DNA of 64,000 nucleotides from Pygmaiobacter sp. (GTDB taxonomy: Bacteria > Bacillota > Clostridia > Oscillospirales > Ruminococcaceae). The notes under the pieces were generated by a model. It saw nothing but the letters and a program-made list of their open reading frames with translations. It had not been told where the DNA came from and ran no database searches. This document shows, piece after piece, positions 1-9,562 of the stretch. How positions within the stretch are numbered: position 1 is the first letter of the stretch; each line of letters opens with the position of its first letter. The translations under genes and the position numbers were made by a program. Location: contig JAQVCK010000001.1 in NCBI GenBank assembly GCA_028689835.1, positions 3,394-67,393 of the forward strand, given 5' to 3'.

Positions 1-1373
1 TTGATGCGCGCTTCGCCCCCAAGGCCCAGCCAGTCCTGTATGGGGATGACCGCCAGCGCCGCCGCACTGCCAAACGCGGCGCGCAAAAATGCCCATACCC
101 CCTGCCGGGTGCTTTGCCCCGTGCAGCCAAGGTACCGCTTTGCCAGCCGCACGTCGTCGCGCCGGCCGCTGCAAAGCCATCCCGCCGTGGTGTCGTTGTC
201 GTGTGTGCCGGTGTACACCACACAGTTTTCGGGGTAGGTGTAGGGCCGGTAATCGTGCTCTTCCCGCGTGTCAAACGCAAATTGCAGCACCTTCATACCG
301 GGGTAGCCGCTCTCGCGCAGCAGTGCCTGTACCTGCGGGGTTAAAAAGCCCAAATCCTCGGCAACAATGGGCGCGTTGCCAAACCGCGCCTGCAACGCGT
401 GAATAAACGCCATGCCGGGGCCGGGCAGCCAGCTGCCGCGGCGGGCCGTGCCCGCGCTGAACGGGATGGCGTAATAGCTTTCAAACCCGCGAAAGTGGTC
501 TACCCGCACCGCGTCAAACAGGGTAAAGGCCGCCTGCATGCGCTGCAGCCACCACGCAAAGCCGGTGCTTTCGTGTGCCGGCCAATCGTACAGCGGGTTG
601 CCCCAAAGCTGCCCGTCGGTCGCAAAGGCATCGGGCGGGCAGCCCGCAACCGCAGTGGGCCAGCCCGCGTCGTCTAAACAAAACAACGCACGGTTTGCCC
701 ACACGTCCGCCGAATCCAGCGCCACATAAATGGGCAGGTCACCCAAAATCTCGACCCCGTTGTCGTTCGCGTATTGTTTCAGCGCCGCCCATTGCGTATA
801 CGCCTGGTACTGCACAAAGGCGTGGAAGCCCCGCTCCTCGGCACAGATTTGCTGCGCCTGCTGCAGTGCATCCTTTTCCCGCAGGCGCAGCGGGGCCGGC
901 CATTTTTGCCACGACAGCCCGCCCTGTGCTTGTTTGATGGCCATGTACAGCGTGTAATCGCCCAGCCAGCTTTGCTGCTGCTCACAAAAAGCATCCAGCC
1001 CGGCCATTTGCCCCTGTTTGCAAAAGGCGGCATACGCCTGCCGCAACAGCGGCATGCGCTTTTCAAACAGTGCCATATAGCTTACCCGCGCGTCTGCCTG
1101 CTGGGGGAAAGCGGCCTCGCACTGCTGCGCCGTCAGCAGGCCCTGCTCGCACAGGGCGTCCAAGTCGATAAAATAGGGGTTCAGCGCAAAGGCAGAAAAG
1201 CTTTGGTAGGGGCTGTCGGCAAAGCTGGTGGCCCCCAGCGGCAGCACCTGCCACACCGCTTGGCGCGCCGCGGCAAGAAAATCTACCCAGTCAAACGCCG
1301 CGCGGCCAAATGTGCCGATGCCATACGGCCCCGGCAGGCTGAACACCGGCAGCAGTACCCCGCTTCTTCTCAT
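1..1373 (-). CDS. malQ: 4-alpha-glucanotransferase (amylomaltase, GH77); 3' end runs off the window
   Basis: Manual translation from ATG at 1373: MRRSGVLLPVFSLPGPYGIGTFG...WQVLPLG...DSPYQSFSAFALNPYFIDL; at the window edge ...VIPIQDWLGLGGEARIN. Not in the ORF track, presumably because no stop lies inside the window. Confidence 0.93.
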   Translation of the reverse strand, partial: MRRSGVLLPVFSLPGPYGIGTFGRAAFDWVDFLAAARQAVWQVLPLGATSFADSPYQSFSAFALNPYFIDLDALCEQGLLTAQQCEAAFPQQADARVSYMALFEKRMPLLRQAYAAFCKQGQMAGLDAFCEQQQSWLGDYTLYMAIKQAQGGLSWQKWPAPLRLREKDALQQAQQICAEERGFHAFVQYQAYTQWAALKQYANDNGVEILGDLPIYVALDSADVWANRALFCLDDAGWPTAVAGCPPDAFATDGQLWGNPLYDWPAHESTGFAWWLQRMQAAFTLFDAVRVDHFRGFESYYAIPFSAGTARRGSWLPGPGMAFIHALQARFGNAPIVAEDLGFLTPQVQALLRESGYPGMKVLQFAFDTREEHDYRPYTYPENCVVYTGTHDNDTTAGWLCSGRRDDVRLAKRYLGCTGQSTRQGVWAFLRAAFGSAAALAVIPIQDWLGLGGEARI

Positions 1374-1478
1374 CCTGTCCACCCCTTTTTACTGCGCAAA
1401 AAACGGGGCCTGCGCCCCGTGTGGCATGTATGGGCAGCAAAGCCGCCACCCGCTGCCCTGCACTTTGCCGCTTTGCGC

Positions 1479-1964
1479 TTACCATGTTTTGCTGTAATAG
1501 CCCCGCGCCCCATCGTACCGGTAGCCGTTTGCCAGCAGCACCCCGCAAGAAGCTAAATTTGCTTCGTCCGGCTGCACAATGATCTGCTTTGCCCCGGTTT
1601 CGCGGCGCACGGTGCCCGTCAGCAGCGCAACAAGCCGTTTGCCAAGGCCCTGCCCCAAAAGCGCGGGCTCGCCGATTAAATAATCAATGGAGTATAACTG
1701 CCCCGGGGCATCGACCTTGTACCAATCTTCCATCTCGCGGGCGTCCCAGCAATCATAATACTGGCAAAAGCCGGCCGGCTTGCCGGCAAGCCGGGCAATA
1801 TAGTGGTGCAGCCAGCAAAACTCGCCGCCGCGCCCGCGCAGCTCTGCCAGCCAGCTGTCGGTGTCCTCATACCACTTTAACACATGGGGCCGGCGCAGCC
1901 ATGTTTCCAGCAAGGGTAGGTCTTCATCCGTTAGGGGGTGTAATGTCAGCTTTGGCTGCTGCAT
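1479..1964 (-). CDS. GNAT-family N-acetyltransferase (AAC(6')-like subgroup)
   Basis: AAGGAGG RBS before ATG 1964; W-x3-PHV-x2-WY N-terminus, G-F-C-Q-Y, IDYLIGEP-x3-GQGLG acetyl-CoA motif, QPDEAN-x-AS motif. Confidence 0.8.
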   Translation of the reverse strand: MQQPKLTLHPLTDEDLPLLETWLRRPHVLKWYEDTDSWLAELRGRGGEFCWLHHYIARLAGKPAGFCQYYDCWDAREMEDWYKVDAPGQLYSIDYLIGEPALLGQGLGKRLVALLTGTVRRETGAKQIIVQPDEANLASCGVLLANGYRYDGARGYYSKTW

Positions 1965-2058
1965 AATATCCTCCTTTGTGGCAAACCGTTTTTGCCTGCC
2001 CCGGCATTTGTGCCGGGCAACACCTTTGCGGCGGCGTTTGCCGCCCCTTATTATGCCC

Positions 2059-2087
2059 AGTATACCCGATTGCCGTGCCTTGTGCAA
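2059..2087 (-). promoter_or_regulatory. sigma-A-type promoter of the GNAT gene
   Basis: TTGCAC-N17-TATACT on the minus strand. Confidence 0.55.
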
Positions 2088-2210
2088 ACTCCCATTTTTT
2101 GTCGCGCCGGGTTTTCAACAGCCCGCGGTGCCGGTGGTGGAAAACCACACCCCTGCCCTTTGCCGGTTTGCGGCAAGCGCCGTCGCTTTTTATAAACTGG
2201 CCCCCGTGCC

Positions 2211-3062
2211 CTACTCGGTTAAAACAATAGAGGAGGCGAGGGTGGGGTCAAAGGTGCTTTTTTCGTTGAGCAGGGTGCGGCAGTTTAAGTAAAAGCCCGC
2301 GGGCAGCTGTGTGGGGGGGTACCCCGTGATGTTTTTAAAGACCCGGTTAAAATTGCGCAACGTATTAAACCCGCACTCGGCCATCAAGCTTGTCATCTTG
2401 ATATCCGGGTTTTGAGACAAAAGGTTTACGGCGCGGTCGATGCGCAGCACATTACTGTACTGCGAAAACGTCAGCCCGGTCATCTGTTTAAAATAGCGCG
2501 AAAAATAGGCCTTGGACATGTTCATAAACGGTGCGGCATCACAAAAAGTAAATTCGTCACAGTGTGCTTCCATCTTTTCAAGCAACTGCTTATACCGGGC
2601 AATAATTGGCTGTAAATGGTAGTGGCCCACACTGTGCTCTTCACCCCTGAAAATATCCACCAGCAAAGAGGTGATAGTCGCATTCATTTTTTCAATATAA
2701 AACGGGGCCTTTTTTTGCGATTCACGGTAAAGCGCAGACAGCCTTGGCCCCGCGTTGTACTGGTCTTTAAAAATGGGCTTTTTTAGGCAACTGATGGGGC
2801 TAAGGACATTTTCAAACTGGGCGACCGCCAGCCGGCTGCCCGGCGCTGCGGAAATGCTGTGCACACTTTCAGCGCGAAAAAAAGCGCACTCCCCCTTTTC
2901 AATACCGTAAAAATACCCGTCGATCATCAGCTTTGCCGTGCCGGTTTGGCACACAACGAGTTCGTTTTCAAAATGCCAGTGGGCGACGTTTTTTAAGTTT
3001 TCATAACAATGAACCCAGACCCTGGCCCCTTTGTCAAAATGCCTTCTCTCCTGCTTCGCCAT
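2211..3062 (-). CDS. AraC-family transcriptional regulator
   Basis: N-terminal cupin (HWHFENEL); C-terminal double HTH (MSKAYFSRYFKQMTG...CGFNTLRNFNRVFK..TGYPP). Confidence 0.92.
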   Translation of the reverse strand: MAKQERRHFDKGARVWVHCYENLKNVAHWHFENELVVCQTGTAKLMIDGYFYGIEKGECAFFRAESVHSISAAPGSRLAVAQFENVLSPISCLKKPIFKDQYNAGPRLSALYRESQKKAPFYIEKMNATITSLLVDIFRGEEHSVGHYHLQPIIARYKQLLEKMEAHCDEFTFCDAAPFMNMSKAYFSRYFKQMTGLTFSQYSNVLRIDRAVNLLSQNPDIKMTSLMAECGFNTLRNFNRVFKNITGYPPTQLPAGFYLNCRTLLNEKSTFDPTLASSIVLTE

Positions 3063-3386
3063 CGCTTCCTCTGCCTTCTTTCTAGCGTCATTTTACCCTT
3101 ACTTTTATAAAAGTCAATAAATGTCTAACTTTCGACAATAGACTTCTTTCTAAAACCCAACCAAGTGCTATAATTTCAACGTAACGCGTAAAAAAATAGT
3201 ACTTATGACCAAAAATTCAAAAAATAAAAAGGGGGTCACCTTATTTCGTAACCGTTAAAGCCCTACCGTTTTTGCTTTACAGTACAAAAAAGAGGAAATC
3301 ATGCATCATCCTTTTCGCCCTGCCCCGGCAATGGCTTTGCGCCGTTTTAGGGGTAAGGGGGAACCGATGGAATGAATGGGGGACAA

Positions 3387-5246
3387 ATGATGAAAACTAA
3401 AAAAAGTTTAATTGCACTGCTAATTTGTTTGGTTTTGTGCCTGACCAGCATGGTCGGCACGCGGTTTTTTTTGACCGATGGCGGCAAAGTAGAAATTAAC
3501 GATTTAAAAATTGCCATTGCCAGCGGCGATACGGTGCGCTTTTTAGAGTACCGCCCTGTGGGGGCTTCAGCTGAAAACCCGGTGCCCGCCGTGGTTTACA
3601 GCCCGGGCAATGACAGCACGGCCGAAAGTGTGCGGCTGTGCTCTGCCGAACTGGCGCGAAGAGGGTTTGCGGTTTATGTGCCCGACCTTCTCTCTGCCGG
3701 GCAATCCTCGGAGTCGACCGGCGCTTCGCCCACCTATGGGTTTGACGAGCTGATTAATTATGTCTACACCAACCTGCCCTATGTGGACAGCACCCGCATT
3801 GGCATTGCCGGGTATTCCAAGGGGGCTGGCAATGTGATGCGCGTGATGACCCAATATGGCGACGAACAGCGCAATTCACCCGAAACCTATGTAAAAAAGG
3901 TGGACGCTGCGCTGATTATGGCGCCCCCGTACTCTTCTTTGGCACCTCTTGCAACCGGCATTAACCTTGGCTTTGGCGCCGGCCTGTACGACCCTTATTC
4001 GCGCATGAGCTACGCACCGGTCGCAGGGTACTGGCCCGGTGATTTAAGTGTAAAAACCGAGATGAAAGAGGTCGTTAATTTAGGCGTGCCCGGCACTTTT
4101 TCAGATGCGGATATGACCAACCCCGATGTAAAGGTGCAAATTGGCCATGCGTACGGCAGCTTTGCCGACAACAACGCGCGTGTTGTTTATAACCCGTCGG
4201 ATTCTACCCATGGCTCCGGCATGATCAGCAGCGAGTTCACCCGCATTACCGTCAGCTTTTTCTCGGATGCGCTCGGCGCCCCGGACCCCATTGACCCGGC
4301 AAACCAGAGCTTCCCGCTGTTAATGTTCTTTTCTGCGCTGGGGCTGCTGGCCATTTTGGGCCTCACGGTGCCGCTGACCCTGCTTTTGTTAAAGGTGCCG
4401 GTTTTCTCGGCGCTGCAACAGCCCGCGGGCGCGCCCTCTTCCGGCCTGTTTTCAAAAAAGGACTGGCTGATTTTCATCCTCGCGTCGGTAATTGGCGGGT
4501 TTGTGCCGCCCATTATGGCCCCTGTTATTATACAACAGACCAGTAAAATTTTCTCTCTGACCGGCCAGGGCCAAACCGGCAGTGTATTTGTTTATGGTGT
4601 GGCAAACAACGTGGTGGTGTGGATGCTGTTCAGCGGGTTGTTTTTGCTTGCGATGTTCTTCTTGTTCTACAACCTCATCCACAAAAAGAACGGCGCAAAG
4701 CTGTCTGACTACCACCTGAAAATCAGCCTTGCAAACGTTGGGCGCGTGCTGCTGCTAGCTGCTTGCGTCGTGCTGCTTTGCCGCAGTGTCGTGTGGTTTG
4801 CAGATTATTTCTTTAAAGTGGACTTCCGCCTTGTTGATTTGTCGCTGTCGATGATGAAGTGGTCGCATTTAAAGGTTTCCCTTTGCTATGTGCCGTTTTT
4901 TGTGCTTTACTGGTGCATCAACTCGCTGATTATGAACGGATGCAACCGCTTTAAGGGCATGTCGGAGGGCTTCAACCTCTTCCTTTGTGTTCTGTGCAAC
5001 GTCCTTGGTACCATTGTTGTGGTTGCGGTTTATTATACCGTCCTCTTTAACACAGGGGTTGGCATTGGTGCCCCCACCAACTGGAAAGCGTATATGATGC
5101 TTTCTTATATGATTGTTTCCGCAACCGCGGGCACCATCATCAACCGGAAAATTTACAACGCGACCAGCAACCTTTACCTTGGGCCGGTCGTCTTTGGTAC
5201 CCTGTTTACCCTCATCAACACCGCAGTTTACACGCTGCCGGCGTAA
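3387..5246 (+). CDS. Membrane protein: signal/anchor, alpha/beta-hydrolase domain, C-terminal multi-TM domain (alternative start 3372)
   Basis: GYSKG nucleophile elbow (GxSxG), PAVVYSPG strand, STHG putative catalytic His, about 8 hydrophobic segments in the C-terminal half. Confidence 0.75.
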   Translation: MMKTKKSLIALLICLVLCLTSMVGTRFFLTDGGKVEINDLKIAIASGDTVRFLEYRPVGASAENPVPAVVYSPGNDSTAESVRLCSAELARRGFAVYVPDLLSAGQSSESTGASPTYGFDELINYVYTNLPYVDSTRIGIAGYSKGAGNVMRVMTQYGDEQRNSPETYVKKVDAALIMAPPYSSLAPLATGINLGFGAGLYDPYSRMSYAPVAGYWPGDLSVKTEMKEVVNLGVPGTFSDADMTNPDVKVQIGHAYGSFADNNARVVYNPSDSTHGSGMISSEFTRITVSFFSDALGAPDPIDPANQSFPLLMFFSALGLLAILGLTVPLTLLLLKVPVFSALQQPAGAPSSGLFSKKDWLIFILASVIGGFVPPIMAPVIIQQTSKIFSLTGQGQTGSVFVYGVANNVVVWMLFSGLFLLAMFFLFYNLIHKKNGAKLSDYHLKISLANVGRVLLLAACVVLLCRSVVWFADYFFKVDFRLVDLSLSMMKWSHLKVSLCYVPFFVLYWCINSLIMNGCNRFKGMSEGFNLFLCVLCNVLGTIVVVAVYYTVLFNTGVGIGAPTNWKAYMMLSYMIVSATAGTIINRKIYNATSNLYLGPVVFGTLFTLINTAVYTLPA

Positions 5247-5345
5247 CCTGCCCCGTTTGTGTTTCGCCGGTACCGCATACCGCTAGCCCCAACTTGGGGG
5301 GGGTACCGGCAGGCAACCCGATAAAAGCCCCTTTTAAAGGGCAAG

Positions 5346-5380
5346 CAAAAGCCAGCGCTTTTTTAAGGCGCTGGCTTTTG
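5346..5380 (+). terminator. Intrinsic terminator after the hydrolase gene
   Basis: CAAAAGCCAGCGC...GCGCTGGCTTTTG inverted repeat. Confidence 0.75.
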
Positions 5381-5608
5381 TTGTGAGTACTTTTTTTGCA
5401 GCGTGTATCGTATCCCCCTTATACCCGCCGCAGGTTGTTTTTGTTTTATTGGTTTCACCGATGCCGCCCCGCACCGGTTTTACTTTACCTGCCCCGTGGG
5501 GTCACCCTGCCACCGCGTTAGCCGCCGGCAGGGTGTAAAATTTGCAGCTGTGGTTTTTGCGGCGCTGTTTACTGTGTGGGGCCGCGCTGGCCCCCCATTA
5601 TGGCAAAG

Positions 5609-5642
5609 AAAAAAGCGGGAAACCCAAAGGTTTCCCGCTTTT
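5609..5642 (-). terminator. Intrinsic terminator directly after tRNA-Lys
   Basis: AAAAGCGGGAAACC-CAAA-GGTTTCCCGCTTTT hairpin with T-tract on the minus strand. Confidence 0.8.
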
Positions 5643-5717
5643 GGTGAGCCACCGGAGATTCGAACTCCGGACCCATTGCTTAAAAGGCAATTGCTCTGCC
5701 AACTGAGCTAGTGGCTC
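5642..5717 (-). tRNA. tRNA-Lys (UUU)
   Basis: 76-nt cloverleaf GAGCCACTAGCTCAGTTGGCAGAGCAATTGCCTTTTAAGCAATGGGTCCGGAGTTCGAATCTCCGGTGGCTCACCA; anticodon TTT, TTCGA T-loop, encoded CCA. Confidence 0.97.
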
Positions 5718-5747
5718 GTTTGTTTTTGCGTAATTTGACGCTTAATT

Positions 5748-5776
5748 ATTATATCAACCCTGTAACAGAATGTCAA
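5748..5776 (-). promoter_or_regulatory. Consensus sigma-A promoter of tRNA-Lys
   Basis: TTGACA-N17-TATAAT with extended TG. Confidence 0.85.
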
Positions 5777-5828
5777 TACTTTCGCACCCGAAAAAATGAA
5801 TTGTTTTTCCCCTTTGTCTGCGGCGCAC

Positions 5829-5865
5829 AAAAAAAACAAGGCGCTGCATTGGCAACGCCTTGTTT
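5829..5865 (-). terminator. Terminator after serS
   Basis: ACAAGGCG(T/C)TGC hairpin followed by a T-run on the minus strand. Confidence 0.7.
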
Positions 5866-5881
5866 GTCATTTTTTACCTTT

Positions 5882-7171
5882 TTAGTTGTTTGGGCGCAAC
5901 TCGGTTTTACCGCCCATGTAAGGGCGCAGAACCTCGGGGATACGCACACTGCCATCGGCCTGCAGGTTGTTTTCCAGCAGGGCAATCAGCATGCGCGGGG
6001 GCGCCACGGCGGTGTTGTTCAGCGTGTGGGGCAGGTAGTTGCCGTCTTCACCCTTGATGCGGATCTTCAACCGGCGGGCCTGTGCGTCGCCGAGGTTCGA
6101 GCAACTGCACACCTCAAAATATTTCTGCTGGCGGGGGCTCCACGCCTCAATGTCGCAGCTTTTTACCTTTAAATCGGCAAGGTCGCCCGAGCAGCATTCC
6201 AGCTGGCGCACCGGGATATCCATGCTGCGGAACAGCTCCACACTGTTTCTCCACAGCTTGTCATACCAAGCCATGCTCTCTTCGGGCTTGCAGACGACAA
6301 TCATCTCCTGCTTTTCAAACTGGTGAATGCGGTATACCCCGCGCTCCTCCAGCCCGTGGGCGCCCTTTTCTTTGCGGAAACACGGGCTGTAGCTGGTCAG
6401 CGTCAGCGGCAGCTGCTCTTCCGGCACCATCTGGTCGACAAACCGGCCAATCATCGTGTGCTCCGACGTGCCGATCAGATACAGGTCCTCGCCCTCTATT
6501 TTGTACATCATCGCGTCCATCTCAGGGAAGCTCATGACCCCCTGCACCACCGAGCCGTGCATCATGAACGGGGGGATGACATAGGTAAAGCCTTTTTTGT
6601 CAATCATAAAATCGCGCGCATAGGCAAGCACCGCCTCGTGCAGGCGGGCAATGTCGCCAATCAGGTAATAAAACCCGTTGCCGGCTACCCGGCGGGCGCT
6701 GTCAAGGTCAATGCCGCCAAAGCGCTCCATGATCTCGGTGTGATACGGAACTTCAAAATCCGGCACGACGGGCTCGCCAAAGCGCTGTACCTCCACATTG
6801 TGGCTGTCGTCCGGCCCAATGGGTACGCTGGCGTCGATGATATTCGGGATGTTGAGCATGATGGTGCGAATCTTCTCTTCCAGCTCTGCTTCTTTTGCTT
6901 CCAGCTCTTTTAAGCGGTCTGCCTGGGCAGAAACCTGCTTTTTCACCTCTTCGGCCTCGTCACGCTTGCCCTGCCCCATTAAACCACCGATGGTTTTGGA
7001 CAGGCGATTGCGCTCTGCGCGCAGCGCCCCGGCCTCGGTGATGGCGGCGCGGTTTTCCACATCCAGCGCAATCACTTCGTCCACTAAGGGCAATTTATAC
7101 TCTTGAAATTTCTTTTTGATGTTCTCTTTGACGAGTTCCGGGTTTTCCCGGACAAATTTGATGTCCAGCAT
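5882..7171 (-). CDS. serS: Seryl-tRNA synthetase
   Basis: MLDIKFVREN start, coiled-coil arm, LIGTSEH, CFRKEKG, HQFEKQE, EVCSCSN and HTLNNT motifs; start overlaps the parB stop (TAATG). Confidence 0.97.
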   Translation of the reverse strand: MLDIKFVRENPELVKENIKKKFQEYKLPLVDEVIALDVENRAAITEAGALRAERNRLSKTIGGLMGQGKRDEAEEVKKQVSAQADRLKELEAKEAELEEKIRTIMLNIPNIIDASVPIGPDDSHNVEVQRFGEPVVPDFEVPYHTEIMERFGGIDLDSARRVAGNGFYYLIGDIARLHEAVLAYARDFMIDKKGFTYVIPPFMMHGSVVQGVMSFPEMDAMMYKIEGEDLYLIGTSEHTMIGRFVDQMVPEEQLPLTLTSYSPCFRKEKGAHGLEERGVYRIHQFEKQEMIVVCKPEESMAWYDKLWRNSVELFRSMDIPVRQLECCSGDLADLKVKSCDIEAWSPRQQKYFEVCSCSNLGDAQARRLKIRIKGEDGNYLPHTLNNTAVAPPRMLIALLENNLQADGSVRIPEVLRPYMGGKTELRPNN

Positions 7172-8037
7172 TAGTTTCTTTTCTCCTTTTCATAGTTCCC
7201 CAGCAGGTTGGCAAATGCGCGCAGCTGGTCGTCGCTGTAAAAATGCACGGAAAGTGTCCCTTTTCCCTCTTTATACTTTACGCCGACCTCGGTGCCAAGC
7301 GCCTCTTGCAGCGAAAGCTCTACTTCGCAGGGCAGCGCCGGGCGCGGTGCGGCGGCCCGCTCTTTGTGCGGGCGGCTCATCTGCCGGCAAAGCGCCTCGG
7401 TTTGGCGCACGTTCAGGTTTTTTTGCAGCACCGTTTTGGCCACGTCAACGCGGGCGTCCTCCCCTTCGATGGACAAAATGGCACGTGCGTGCCCCGCGCT
7501 GAGGTTGCCGCCGCGCAAATATTGCAGCACTTCGGCGGGCAATGCAAGCAACCGCAGCGCATTGGCCACTGCCGGGCGGCTTTTTGCCACCCGCTGGGCG
7601 GCCTGCTCTTGCGTCAAGCCACAGCTTTCAATCAACTGCTGGTAGCCGAATGCCTCTTCAACCGGGTTTAAGTCCTCTCGTTGCAGGTTTTCAATCAGCG
7701 CCAGCTCCATCGCCTCGGCGTCACTTACCTCCCGCACCACGGCGGGGATTTCGGTCAGCCCGGCTTCGCGCGCCGCGCGCCAACGGCGCTCACCCGCAAT
7801 AATTTGGTAGCCCCCCACAGGGTTGGGCCGCACCGTAATGGGTTGCAACACCCCATGCTGCTGGATAGACTGTGCCAGCTCTGCCAGGCTTTCGGGTGCG
7901 AAATGCTTGCGGGGCTGGGCTTTATCCGGCTCAATCTCCGCAATTGGCAGTGCAGAGGGTTTTGTGCCCGTTGCACTGTCCGATTCGACAAATAGCGAGT
8001 CCAACCCGCGGCCAAGGCCGCCTTTTTTTGCCGCCAT
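7171..8037 (-). CDS. parB: ParB/Spo0J chromosome partitioning protein
   Basis: KGGLGRGLDSL ParA-activating peptide, QPRKHF, GERRWRA CTP box, ALIENLQREDLNPVEEA, HTH; GGAGG RBS. Confidence 0.96.
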   Translation of the reverse strand: MAAKKGGLGRGLDSLFVESDSATGTKPSALPIAEIEPDKAQPRKHFAPESLAELAQSIQQHGVLQPITVRPNPVGGYQIIAGERRWRAAREAGLTEIPAVVREVSDAEAMELALIENLQREDLNPVEEAFGYQQLIESCGLTQEQAAQRVAKSRPAVANALRLLALPAEVLQYLRGGNLSAGHARAILSIEGEDARVDVAKTVLQKNLNVRQTEALCRQMSRPHKERAAAPRPALPCEVELSLQEALGTEVGVKYKEGKGTLSVHFYSDDQLRAFANLLGNYEKEKRN

Positions 8038-8097
8038 ATGATACCTCCTTCTCTTTTGTGCCCGCACAGCCGGTACCCCGGTGCGGCACGCAACCGG

Positions 8098-8859
8098 TTA
8101 CCGGTTATTTTTCAGCAGTTCTACTGCAAGCTCGGCATAAGCCGCCGCCCCGCGGGAGGATGCGTCGTAGTAATTGACCGGCGCGCCGAAGCTGGGGGCC
8201 TCTGAAAGGCGCACATTGCGGGGAATGACCGCTTTATAAACCTTATTGGGGAAGTATTTTTTAACCTCTGCCACGACTTGCAGCGTTAAATTTAACCTGC
8301 CGTCATACATGGTCAGCAAAACGCCTTCCACCTCAAGGTACCGGTTATACATATTTTTAACCGTGCGCACGGTGTTCATCAGCTCCGACAGGCCCTCCAG
8401 CGCAAAAAATTCGCACTGGATGGGCACAAGCACCGTGTCACAGGCGCAAAGCCCGTTGATGGTCAACAGGTCAAGCGACGGCGGGCAGTCGATAAACACA
8501 AAATCGTAGTTTTTTGCCACCGGGGCCAGCCCCTCGCGCAGCCGGGCCTCGCGCCGCTCCATTGAAACGAGCTCAATAGCGGCACCGGACAGCTGAATTT
8601 TAGAGGGGATGAGGTCCACTTTGTACTGCGTTTTAATGATGCAGTCCCCGGCAGTGCACTCGCCGATGAGAAGTTGGTAGACACTGTTTTCAACCTTGCG
8701 TTTTGAAACCCCAAACCCACTGGTGCTATTGCCCTGCGGGTCAAGGTCTACCAAAAGCACCCGTTTGCCCGTAGCCGCCACCGCTGCCGATAGATTAACC
8801 GCCGTGGTGGTTTTGCCCACACCGCCTTTTTGGTTTGCAATCGCAATCACCTTACTCAA
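8098..8859 (-). CDS. parA: ParA/Soj ATPase
   Basis: [11 protein letters not shown] deviant Walker [25 protein letters not shown]; TTG start. Confidence 0.96.
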   Translation of the reverse strand: MSKVIAIANQKGGVGKTTTAVNLSAAVAATGKRVLLVDLDPQGNSTSGFGVSKRKVENSVYQLLIGECTAGDCIIKTQYKVDLIPSKIQLSGAAIELVSMERREARLREGLAPVAKNYDFVFIDCPPSLDLLTINGLCACDTVLVPIQCEFFALEGLSELMNTVRTVKNMYNRYLEVEGVLLTMYDGRLNLTLQVVAEVKKYFPNKVYKAVIPRNVRLSEAPSFGAPVNYYDASSRGAAAYAELAVELLKNNR

Positions 8860-8945
8860 ACGACCATCAGCTCCCCTTTTATTGTGTTGTTTGCCGCCGC
8901 AGGCGTAATGGGCCGCAAAACTGCCGTTTTGCGACCTGTATGGCT

Positions 8946-8973
8946 ATTATAGCACAAGGTTTTGCCCCGGCAA
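8946..8973 (-). promoter_or_regulatory. Probable parA-parB-serS promoter
   Basis: TTGCCG-N16-TATAAT with extended TG on the minus strand. Confidence 0.6.
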
Positions 8974-9461
8974 AGGGATTTACTTCATCTTTTAGGCTTT
9001 TCTTTTGTTTTTTTGCCGTTTCTCTGCCGGTGTGCTTGTAAAATTTGTGTTTTTGCCAAAAACCCCTTTTTGTTTTTAAAGCAAGGGCCTTATCGGGCCT
9101 GCCAAAATAGATGCTGCCGCGCCGGTTACCCCTATTGCAACTGGGGCAACTATGCCCTACCCCCGGTTCCTGGGTAGTTTTTGGGCAGCTATCCCTTTTT
9201 ATTTTGTGTTTCGGGGGTTGCTGTGCTGGCCGGGGCACATTTTTTGTGGTGTTTTAGCGCATCCTTTAAACGGCGCGGCACCCGCCCGGTGTGCGGGGGG
9301 TGGCGGCCGCCAGACTATTGGTGGTAATCGCGCCGCTGCCCTACGGGCTGAGGCGATTCGTCTTTTAGGGGTTTTATCTTATTTTTTTATTCTATTGTGT
9401 ATGGTAGCAATGCGTGCCGTATTTCAATAAGGAGTTTGTTTTGAGCCGGGGTGGGTTCTCT

Positions 9462-9477
9462 TGTTTCACGTGAAACA
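9462..9477. promoter_or_regulatory. parS site 1
   Basis: Perfect palindrome TGTTTCACGTGAAACA. Confidence 0.95.
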
Positions 9478-9507
9478 ATGCGGGGGTCGGGGTTGGCCTA
9501 GTTACGG

Positions 9508-9523
9508 TGTTTCACGTGAAACA
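9508..9523. promoter_or_regulatory. parS site 2
   Basis: Perfect palindrome TGTTTCACGTGAAACA. Confidence 0.95.
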
Positions 9524-9546
9524 ATGAAAGCAATGCTCACGCCCAA

Positions 9547-9562
9547 TGTTTCACGTGAAACA
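9547..9562. promoter_or_regulatory. parS site 3
   Basis: Perfect palindrome TGTTTCACGTGAAACA. Confidence 0.95.

Noticed and set aside
5247-5717. Possible integrative element at the tRNA-Lys 3' end
   Set aside because: The tRNA is followed directly by its terminator, I saw no duplicated tRNA 3' end, and there is no integrase in the window.
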